Positions 53,792 through 64,000 of a stretch of 64,000 bases of DNA are shown in pieces (within the stretch, counting starts at the first letter, position 1; every line of letters begins with the position of its first letter). The translations under genes were made by a program, and so were the position numbers. The stretch covers positions 317,316,001-317,380,000 of the forward strand of contig OZ024742.1 in the NCBI GenBank assembly GCA_964016885.1, written 5' to 3'. The notes beneath the pieces were generated by a model. That model had not been told where the DNA came from and did no database searches. It saw only the letters and a list, made by a program, of their open reading frames with translations. This stretch comes from Eledone cirrhosa. Lineage: Eukaryota.

Positions 53792-55049
53792 GATAGCAAC
53801 TAACAGTGCTGCGATCGAATGTGGCTTTTTAGCCCAGCCAATGATCTAAAATGTCTTGCACAGAGTCGGCAACCAAAACATTTACTGGGAATAGTCGGCT
53901 GTGGTTGGAGTTCGTGTACTTTTGCATGTCGCTTGAGTCCTCCTGCTGATTTACATTCTCTACCACATGTTTGGCAAGCATGATGAGTAGCATCTCCAAC
54001 AGCAGCCTGGTAGTCAACCACTGGTCTTACTTTATGACTGCGAAGATGACTTTCGAGTCCAGCTTTGCTTAGGCAGAGTCTCGCACAGACGCTGCATGTC
54101 AGAAACATAGGAGGACCCTCGCCGTCTGGAAGTGCAACAGCAATACCCTTCCTCACGTTCCGCTTTACTTTCTCGTGTGCGATTCGAGATGCCTCAAAGG
54201 CAACTTTTCCCTCATATACAGTCTTTCTCCATTTATTACGATCAGCAGCAATATTTTCCCATGTATCAGCAGAGATGTTAGCGTCTTTCAGAGAGGCCTT
54301 CAAGGAATCCTTATACCTCTTTTTTGGTTTATGTGGCGGTCGTTTTCCTTTAACCAACTCTCCATAGAAGAGTTGTTTTGGTATTCTAGAATCCTTCATC
54401 CTGGCAAGGTGACCACTCCAACGGAGTCGCTGCTTAAGCACAAGAGCTTCTATACTGTCACACATAGAGCTTTCCAAAATCTCGACATCACTGATGTGGT
54501 CCCTCCAGCGAACGCCATGTATCCGTCTGAGACACATCTGATGGAAACGCTCCAATTGCCTAAGGTGGCGTCGATATGTGACCCAGGTCTCGCAGGCATA
54601 AAGAAGACAAGAGAGTACACATGCCCTGTACACCCTTACCTTTGTCCTCCTGCATATGTCTCGCCGACCCCAGAGTCGCCTTTCTAGCTTTCCGAAAGCA
54701 TCACTTGCTTTCCTAATCCTAAGTGAGATTTCACTGTCAAGGTTGCCGTATCGATTGACAGTGCTTCCCAGGTAGACAAACTGATCAACCACTCCAAGTC
54801 GTTTGCCATACACATAGATGTTTGGTTCAGTGTACTGCCTACCAGGTGCAGGTTGGTACATGACGACGGTTTTCTTGAGACTGACAGTCAAACCCAGGGC
54901 AGTGCAAGCGTCAGAAAATACATTCAAAATGTGCTGCATATCACTCTCTGTGTGCGCTACAAGATCGCAATCATCTGCATACAAGAGGTCTCTTATGACT
55001 GATGTAAATACCTTTGTCTTCGCAGCAAAGCGCCTGATGTTAAATATGC
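53318..55049 (-). mobile_element. RTE/BovB-like LINE copy 2, 5'-truncated, open 3' ORF with three C2H2 fingers, microsatellite-filled 3'UTR
   Basis: ORF 53800..~55049 has YADD, FVYLGS, LRWSGHLARM and three CxxC...H...H fingers; terminal hairpin at 53318-53354; (TACA)n on both sides. Confidence 0.92.
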
Positions 55050-55090
55050 ATACATACATACATACATACATACATACATACATACATACA

Positions 55091-55518
55091 TGGTGGCTGC
55101 CAACTCGTTTTCGAGTACGGCCACTACTTTATATCCATGTAGGAGAACCCCTACCGATGCGCTGAACTAGTGTGACTTTTTAGTCCAGCCAGTAACTTGA
55201 AAACTCTGGTACAAACACTACACTTGTGACAATTGTTGACACATAGTGCTGGGCCCATGGTACCATGTGACGACAAGTGCAGAGAGATCTCCAGATATAA
55301 AGCAATGCCTGTGCCGTGAAGCTTTTATAGTGAGCAAAGGTACAGCACAAAGCCAGTCCCACTCTCTTAACCAAGATGATATTTACCAAAAAGAAGAACA
55401 AGTCAACATCATTGGATACCATCAGGGTTGCAGGTGTTATATCAGAGTTTTCCTTCTCCTAGAATTCTGCCTTGACAAAGGCTAAGGGGTCATCTCTTTC
55501 GGTGGTTTGGATGGCCAT
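55091..55518 (-). mobile_element. Non-autonomous bipartite RTE derivative, copy 3 (5'-truncated)
   Basis: Matches 14851-15272; (TACA)n on both sides. Confidence 0.88.
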
Positions 55519-55561
55519 ACATACATACATACATACATACATACATACATACATACATACA

Positions 55562-55594
<33 letters not shown>

Positions 55595-55595
<1 letters not shown>

Positions 55596-56916
55596 GAGTA
55601 AAGAAAATATGGTCATCAGAACTGTCAGCGTACAACAAATTCATTGCCTACAATATTTATGCTGTGCCAATTCTAACGCCAACATTTGGCCTGCTGAACT
55701 GGTCATTGCAAGAACTAAGTGAGATGGATGTTAGAACTCGCAAACTTCTCAGTGTTATTGGGAACTTTAACATCAATGGTGATGTGGATAGGCTATACTT
55801 CTCACGCAAGGAAGGTGGTCGGGGTTTAAAATCCATATTAACAACATATGAGACCCGGATAGTAGCACTGAAGCAACACCTTCATCAGAGGAAAAAGGTT
55901 GGCAACCATCTTGCCCAGGTTTATGAGCATGAAATAAAAATATCATTAGAATAGCGACTGATCTGGAGGAGAGATATGGAATAAAGCCTGATATAAATCT
56001 CTCACCCAGAGAAATCGGAAGCTCCTATTCAATGTTCAAACAAGATAAAAAAAATTAACCAATTTACAGAAAAAGTTGTGCATGGATACTTGAGACGTAA
56101 AACACAGTTCTTAGAGAGGATAAACCACTCAAAAGGCCTGGCATGGAGTTCCGACAAGTTTATGACATCACACCTTGAGGGATATCTCTAGGCAATACAG
56201 GAACAAGAACTCCCTACCAAATATCTGCTGCACAAAAGAGGAGGGCCAGCAGCTGACAATAAATGTAGGCTATGTAAAACAAAGATCGAGGATGTAAGCC
56301 ACATTGTTGCCAGCTGTGAAAGAATGTCATCTCGCTACTACCTCCCCATGAGACACGATGGGATAGCTAGAACCATCTGGAACGCACTTCGGAAAACAAA
56401 ATTAACAACAAACGAGGAAGAATATATTGAGACAGATGGCACTAAGGAATACTGGTGGAACCTGAAAATAAAAACTGCTACCAAATTAAGCACAACCGGC
56501 CTGATATTGTTGTTTGGGACCACACATTGAAAACGTGTTCTGTTGTGGAGATCAGCTACCCACTTGATGTAAACGTTGTCAGAAAAATACAGGAGAAGGA
56601 GGACATCTACGGACCATTGATGAGGAGTTTACAAATCCAGTATCCAAGATACACCTTTAGCTTCATACCCATCATTATTGGAGCTATGGGTTATATACCA
56701 ACCCGCTTGGACCAAAGTATGACTGAACTTGGATTTGCGGACAAAGAGCGCAGCTCCCTAATTCACAGTCTACAAATGGCTGCGATAGCTGGCACCTTCA
56801 AAATTTGCAAGACATTCTTGCGATTCAAGGGATGACAATTTCTTTTCTTTTACAACCTTGCCACAAGGAAGGTGGCCGGTCAAAAAAATATACTCGAAAT
56901 TAAGAGAAAGAGATAA
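55595..56916 (+). mobile_element. Family C, 5'-truncated copy C2
   Basis: Near-identical to 44986-46286; begins after (TACA)n and ends GAGATAACATACA. Confidence 0.9.
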
Positions 56917-57739
56917 CATACACACAGGCATACATAAATACAAAGAAATACATTTTGAACTTCAACAGAGAAAATCGTCACTAAATAGGCAAATTCGAAA
57001 ATCAACACCCTTTTAAAAGCAGACAACTACCAAGTTGTATAATTTCCTTTGACCTATTCAGCTTACCCATTACAAGGCCCTAGAGCTACCTCCCTACTTA
57101 CCACCATCCGCGTTGAGCTGGATAGCCGCAGGTGTGAGCCTCGCGAGATGGAATCGCTTTTCTCGCAGATCTCCATTATCATCCCCCGGATAAACGCATT
57201 CTCCACTCTGTCCGCCAGGGCCGTGGGGTGGTCAGCACGCGGGACCCAATTTTCTCATAATAGAGAGAGATGGAGAGGGCGAGAGAGATGGGGTGGGCGA
57301 GAGAGAAGGAGGCGATGACAGTGGGAATTCGGCTCATGTGTTTGAACCTGGTGTACAGCATCAGTTATCCGTAAGGAGGTAGTGATACATCTACTATTAT
57401 CTTGGATGCTAATCTGCATTACACCTTATTCTATCTAGAATCTAACATATATAGTATCAATACAGAATAATTGTCGAATAATACAAACCTGAAGCTTCTG
57501 TAGCCAACTCTGATATCAGGCGTCGTACCTCAATCTTTCAATTGTTATTCCATAACGAAATGTGCTTTAATGAAATTATTTACATTCGTTCCATACAGAT
57601 AATTCAATCTTCCTGTAGTAGCCTCATTCTCAGTTTTCTAGGTCTCATGCCGATCCAAGTAAATAATTATATAGTGAATGTTATTTCAAATCAAAACATC
57701 AAATCAATCTGACAGCATAAAGTTTTCTAGACGTTTTAA

Positions 57740-57742
57740 CGC

Positions 57743-57779
<37 letters not shown>

Positions 57780-57863
57780 TACATACGAGTGTGTGTGTAT
57801 ATATATATTGTATATATGTATATTATATACATATTTATATATATGCATAGCAAGCCACACCAG

Positions 57864-57944
<81 letters not shown>

Positions 57945-58051
57945 TGATGTGGCTTGCTATGCATATATATAAATATATATATAATATACATACATATATA
58001 TGTATGTATATTATATATATATTTATATATATGCATAGCAAGCCACATCAG

Positions 58052-58096
<45 letters not shown>

Positions 58097-58165
58097 AATA
58101 TATTATATACATATATATTTATATATATGTATAGCAAGCCACATCGGACACACACACACATACAC

Positions 58166-58196
<31 letters not shown>

Positions 58197-58210
58197 CATA
58201 TATATATAAA
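57740..58210. repeat. Microsatellite block with direct and inverted copies of a GCATAGCAAGCCACATCAGAC core
   Basis: Core at ~57845 (+), ~57942 (-), ~58033 (+) and ~58130 (+). Confidence 0.88.
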
Positions 58211-58819
58211 GAGAGACAGAATGGGTAGACATTGTGAGAGCAAGGGTGAGAGGAAAGAGAGGAAGAGAGAGAAAGAGTAGAGAATATATGATAGAAATAC
58301 AGAAAATTAATTAAAAGTAGGAGGAAGAGTTATAAAATGAGAATGGCGAGAAGGAAAAATAAATCTTGAAGTTAAGCTTTTGGAAGTAGGACTGTCGTTT
58401 CTGATAAAGGGATAAAAAACATTATTGAATAATAAAGATCCTATGATATCACTAAACTGAAGAAAATTTTATATTTTTATCGATTGATTCTTGTAGTTTT
58501 CTTTCATTATATTTCACGCCATTCCATCAATCGGAATATTTAGTTTTTTGATATTTTCCCTTTCATTACATATAATTTATCTTCTTTATTTTTTTTTCTC
58601 ATGCATAAATTATTACTTCAAAACAATTTTTTATTGAAAGTTTTTCCTACATGTATTTTTAGGGGGTGGGGGTTGTATTAGTTTCACTAATATTGTTCTC
58701 ATTAACCACCCAGTTCTGCGTTCTATTTTCATTGAAATCCAATTAATTTAATTTACACAATCAATGCGTTACGGAAATGCATGAAGGTCTTACATTCACT
58801 TATTATTATTATTATTATT

Positions 58820-58938
58820 TACGATCTGAGTTCAAATCCCGCCGTGGTTGACTTTGCCTTTCATCCCTACGGGGTCGATAAAATAAAGTACCAGTAATGC
58901 ACTGGGTAATTGCTGGCCTTGTGCCTAAAGTAGAAACA

Positions 58939-58940
<2 letters not shown>
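58820..58940 (+). mobile_element. 5'-truncated tRNA-like SINE embedded in (TTA)n
   Basis: B-box GAGTTCAAATCC; matches 47925-48037; (TTA)n on both sides. Confidence 0.82.
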
Positions 58941-58970
<30 letters not shown>

Positions 58971-58990
58971 ATATTATTATTGTTGTTATT

Positions 58991-61900
58991 TCTTGAATCT
59001 CAGTCATTGATGTTGGTTAACTGGAAAGTCCGTTGGAATGAATATCAAGCCACTACCTGCAGCCTCAGATATTCAGGACGTATCGGAGGGTTCTTGCTGT
59101 TCCAAGCAAGCATGCCTTTTGAAGCGTTCCAAAAAGCGTGAAGGGGCCGATTTTCTTTAACCATCCCTGGAAACTTTTGGAGATAGTCCCCAGTGCGCCT
59201 ATGACAATCGGGATAACTTTGACTTCATGGCAGTTCCAAATCCTTTTGACCTCCCACTTTAGGTCCTGGTATCGGTTAATTTTCTCCCTCTCCTTCTCTT
59301 GCACTCTCGTGTCGAACGGGCAGGCCACATCCACAATCAGACACGATCTTTTTTCTTTGTCCACAACCACCAGGTCAGGTCTATTGTGTTCCAGTTTTTT
59401 GTCTGTCTGTATCCTAAAATCTCACAGCACCTTCACCTGATTGTTCTCCATCACCGCCTCCGGCCTATGTTCATAACATTTCTCAGAATGTGGTAAATTG
59501 TTTACTTTGCACAGGTGCCAGTGGATCACCCTGCCCATCACATCGTGTCTCCAGCCCTTATAGTGGGTCTGGGCTAGGTGTTTACACTCGGACACAATGT
59601 GAGCCACAGTCTCCTCTCTCTCTCCACAGATCCTGCACAGTGGGCTAGCCTCCTCCTTGTAAATATGGTGCTTCAACCACTTCGTTTTGAGGGCCTGCTC
59701 CTGCGCAGCCATTATCATTCCTTCTGTAGCCTTTTTGAGGTCTCCTTTTCTCAACCAGTTCCATGTCTGTGGATCTCTAAATTCAGTTTTCTCAAAGAAG
59801 GTACTATGAAGGGATTTTCCCTTAAGGCTGCTCTTCCTCCTTGATGTTATTTCCTCCTTGGACATCCCCTGGCCTACTGTCCCCTCCTTCAGTACAGTTT
59901 TGAGCATTGGCTCCTTACTATAGGTCACGTATTTGTATAGGTTGTTTTTCTCCATCTGAACACAGTCCTCTATGCTGATAAGACCTCTTCCACCCTCAGA
60001 TCTCCTTAGGTAGAGTCTATCGACATCACTCCTCTTGTGGAACATGTTGTAGATAGTCAATAGCTTCCTAGTCTTCCTATCCATTTGTTTTTGTTCAGCA
60101 ACATTCCATCTCAGAATTCCCGCACTGTACCTAATTATAGACACAGCTCGGGAATTTACTGCGCTTATGGCATTTCTGCTGTTCAGATGTGACTTCAATA
60201 CGCTCCTTACTCTCCGAATGTATTCAGTTCTTAACAATTCCTTCATTTTTTTGTTCTTTATGCCATCAGCCTCCAGAACGCCCAAATACTTGTATCCTTC
60301 CTCAGAGTCAATTTCCTTTATCATCTCACCTGTTGGTATCTGGATCCCGCTACTTCTGCTCAACCTACCCCTCCTCATCACAATGACTCCACATTTAACA
60401 ATACCAAACTGCATACATATATCACTGCTGAAAATACGGACAGTGTCAACAAGCACATCCAACTCCTTCTCACTTTTCCCGAAGAGCTTAAGATCGTCCA
60501 TGAAGAGGAGGTGATTGATGGTAAGCTCTCCCCTTCCCAACTTGTATCCTGCTCTCACTTTTCGCAGCATAATGGTCAAGGGCATCAGGGCAAGGACAAA
60601 CAACAGAGGGGACAGGCTATCTCCCTGGAAGATACCTCTCTTGATCTTCACGCTTCCCAAGGATACTCCAGTTGATGTCAACTCTGTCTCCCAGGACCCC
60701 ATACTCCTGCCCAGCAGCTGTCTGATGTTATCTGCCACCCTGAAGATCTCCAGGCTTTTGGTGATCCAAGAATGAGGCACCATGTCAAATGCCTTTCTGT
60801 AGTCTATCCATCCCATGGCAAGATCAGTGTGTCTCCTCCTGCAGTTCCTCATTACCATCTTATCAATAAGTAACTGGTCCTTTGTACCACGTGACTTCTT
60901 TCGGCATCCTTTCTGTTCGTCCGGTAACAATTTGTTTGTGTGGAGGTGATGGTAGATTTCCTCAGACACAATGCTCGTCAACAGTTTCCACATTACGGGC
61001 AGACATGTGATAGGTCTATAGTTGGTAACATCATTACCCTTGATTCGGTCTTTCATTATCAGAACTGTGGTACCTTTTGTCAACCACTCTGGCACCTCAC
61101 CCGACACCAAGCAGTCATTGCACATGGCCGTCAGCTTCGGGTGGAGGGATGTTAAATGTTTAATCCAATACCCCTGCACACCATCTGGGCCTGGTGACTT
61201 CCAGTTGGTTAGTTTTTTGGCCTGGCCCTTAAGAGTTTCAACTGTGATACTCAAATCAGTTTGTTGTTGTGCCTGCTCACCGATCTCCCTCTGTACTGTC
61301 TCAATCCACCCTGCCTGGGCATTATGTCTAACATCCTGCTCCCATATTCCTCTCCAGAATGTTTTAGTTTGTTCCGCCCCAGGGATCAAGTCGTTGCCTC
61401 TTTCTTTCCCCTCAAGCTGTCCAAACAGCATCTTCTGGTTGTTGTCGAACATGCGGTTCTGTTTATACTGACTGACTCTGTTCTCGTATCGCCTGATTTT
61501 GGCACTCTTTGCTACAATGCCATGCTTCAATTCCTCTATGATAATATTTAGCTTTTTACTCCTAGTTTTGTATTTTATTTCCAGTCTATTTTTAGTGCCT
61601 ATGTTTTTTAGTGTCCCATTCAGTAGTGACTCAAGCTTTCCTATGTCATTTCTCATTTCCCCGATTTGCCCACTCAGTCGCTTCTTCCACCACGGCTCTG
61701 CTCTTTCTTGTCTGTTGTTTCCTCTCGCTTTTATACCAAGTAGTTTCCTCACCGTATTTGCTGTTGCTTTGAGGATATTGTTGCACTGGTGAAGACTCCT
61801 CGCCTCAAGGTATGGGATGACTTTGTTTACCTTAGCTGTTGTTTCTTTTAACTTTTTCCTGTCTACAAATCTTAGGTTCATAGGTCTCCCACTATCATTG

Positions 61901-62476
61901 TTCAATTCATCTACCACTAGATTTAGGATGTCAACCGAATCTTGTCCTAGCCCGTCAGCATTCATCTCCTCAGTGGCCGTATCTCTGTTCCAGGTATTAT
62001 TTATCTCAGTATTCAGATCATTGTCTGCTTCGGGTGGTTCCTCCGTTCTCAGGACCTCCTCACCTTCATTTCCCACCGGCTCGCTTGTCTGGCATACTAC
62101 ACCCGCCATCTCCAAGCCATTCTCTCTGCTCAGTTCCTCCAGTTCCAGCTCGCTTATCCACCCATTAGTTCTTATTACCCGAGCCTGCCCGGCCAATTTT
62201 TGTTCATCTAATTTAAATAAACCAATCTCGTTCCAGATGTTATGCATCCGTCTCCTGTAGCCCCTCTCCTTGGGGTTACTTTTCAGGTAGCATTGCATAA
62301 CAGTTCTATTCAATTCTTTCGTCCAGTTGGTTCTGGCCCCTTTCCTTCTTCTTCTTCCTCCAACATCAGCAGTATTTGGTTGACAGTCAGGTTCCTGCTG
62401 CTGAGCCAGGGGGCACCTGTTGGGTGAGAGTCTGTCACATGACGTTCTAGTCTCCATTTCACCGTTATTCGAACTG

Positions 62477-62480
<4 letters not shown>
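58991..62480 (-). mobile_element. Family A copy A5: nearly intact ORF (lacks ~4 N-terminal codons, one TGG>TGA stop at 59422)
   Basis: 1038-aa ORF with N-terminal domain, RT (FMDD) and CCHC; the RLE continues in the same frame to 59065; flanked by (TTA)n. Confidence 0.95.
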
Positions 62481-62509
<29 letters not shown>

Positions 62510-62520
62510 GTTATTGTTAT

Positions 62521-64000
62521 TCCTTGAATCTTAGTCATTGATGTTGGTTAACTGGAAAGTCCGTTGGATTGAATATCAAGCCACTACCTGCAGCCTCAGA
62601 TATTCAGGACGTATCGGAGGGTTCTTGCTGTTCCAAGCAAGCATGCCTTTTGAAGCGTTCCAAAAAGCGTGAAGGGGCCGATTTTCTTTAACCATCCCTG
62701 GAAACCTTTGGAGATAGTCCCCAGTGCGCCTATGACAATCGGGATCACTTTGACTTCATGGCAGTTCCAAATCCTTTTCATCTCCCACTTTAGGTCCTGG
62801 TATCGGTTAATTTTCTCCCTCTCCTTCTCTTGCACTCTCGTGTCGAACGGGCAGGCCACATCCACAATCAGGCACGATCTTTTTTCTTTGTCCACAACCA
62901 CCAGGTCAGGTCTATTGTGTTCCAGTTTTTTGTCCGTCTGTATCCTAAAATCCCACAGCACCTTCACCTGACTGTTCTCCATCACCGCCTCTGGCCTATG
63001 CTCATACCATTTCTCAGAATGTGGTAGATTGTTTACTTTGCACAGGTGCCAGTGGATCACCCTGCCCATCACATCGTGTCTCCAGCCCTTATAGTGGATA
63101 TGGGCTAGGTGTTTACACTCGGACACAATGTGAGCCACAGTCTCCTCTCTCTCTCCACAGATCCTGCACAGTGGGCTAGCCTCCTCCTTGTAGATATGGT
63201 GCTTCAACCACTTCGTTTTGAGGGCCTGCTCCTGCGCAGCCATTAGCATTCCTTCTGTAGCCTTTTTGAGGTCTCCTCTTCTCAACCAGTTCCATGTCTG
63301 TGGATCTCTAAATTCAGTTTTCTCAAAGAAGGTACTATGAAGGGATTTTCCCTTAAGGCTGCTCTTCCTCCTTGATGTTATTTCCTCCTTGGACATCCCC
63401 TGGCCTACTGTCCCCTCCTTCAGTACAGTTCTGAGCATTGGCTCCTTACTATAGGTCACGTATTTGTATAGGTTGTTTTTCTCCATCTGAACACAGTCCT
63501 CTATGCTGATAAGACCTCTTCCACCCTCAGATCTCCTTAGGTAGAGTCTATCGACATCACTCCTCTTGTGGAACATGTTGTAGATAGTCAATAGCTTCCT
63601 AGTCTTCCTATCCATTTGTTTTTGTTCAGCAACATTCCATCTCAGAATTCCCGCACTGTACCTAATAATAGACACAGCTCGGGAATTTACTGCGCTTATG
63701 GCATTTCTGCTGTTCAGATGTGACTTCAATACGCTCATTACTCTCCGAATGTATTCAGTTCTTAACAATTCCTTCATTTTTTTGTTCTTTATGCCATCAG
63801 CCTCCAGAACGCCCAAATACTTGTATCCTTCCTCAGAGTCAATTTCCTTTATCATCTCACCTGTTGGTATCTGGATCCCGTTACTTCTGCTCAACCTACC
63901 CCTCTTCATCACAATGACTCCACATTTACCAATACCAAACTGCATACATATATCACTGCTGAAAATACGGACAGTGTCAACAAGCACATCCAACTCCTTC
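62521..64000 (-). mobile_element. Family A copy A6, open ORF running off the right edge
   Basis: ORF 62596..63993 is near-identical to A3; (TAA)n tail at 62481-62520. Confidence 0.93.

Noticed and set aside
63960-64000. The window ends within ~2 nt of the A3 truncation point, hinting that A6 duplicates A3
   Set aside because: Sequence beyond the edge is not visible, and A3 and A6 differ at several sites.

Overview
Eukaryotic, microsatellite-rich animal DNA, probably a cephalopod such as Octopus (inferred from the SINE sequences, not verified). I found no convincing host gene. 1-8203 is a 59-bp minisatellite with higher-order duplications, and 8.3-10.9 kb is a duplicated GTT/GGT low-complexity block. 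Most of the rest is stacks of non-LTR retrotransposons joined end-to-end through microsatellites, and they sort into two target guilds. The (TAA)n guild holds two R4/Dong-like RLE families (A x6, B x3), two Tx1-like APE elements and a tRNA-like SINE. The (TACA)n guild holds two further R4/Dong-like families (C x2, D x1), an RTE/BovB-like LINE with three C-terminal C2H2 fingers (x2), and a ~600-bp bipartite non-autonomous RTE derivative (x3). In both guilds the RLE elements read on the A-rich strand of the repeat and the APE elements on the T-rich strand. About 22 kb of the TAA stack appears to be nested between the body and the 3' terminus of one RTE. Family letters A-D are my own labels. Coordinates were read by eye (+/- a few bp) and no database searches were run.
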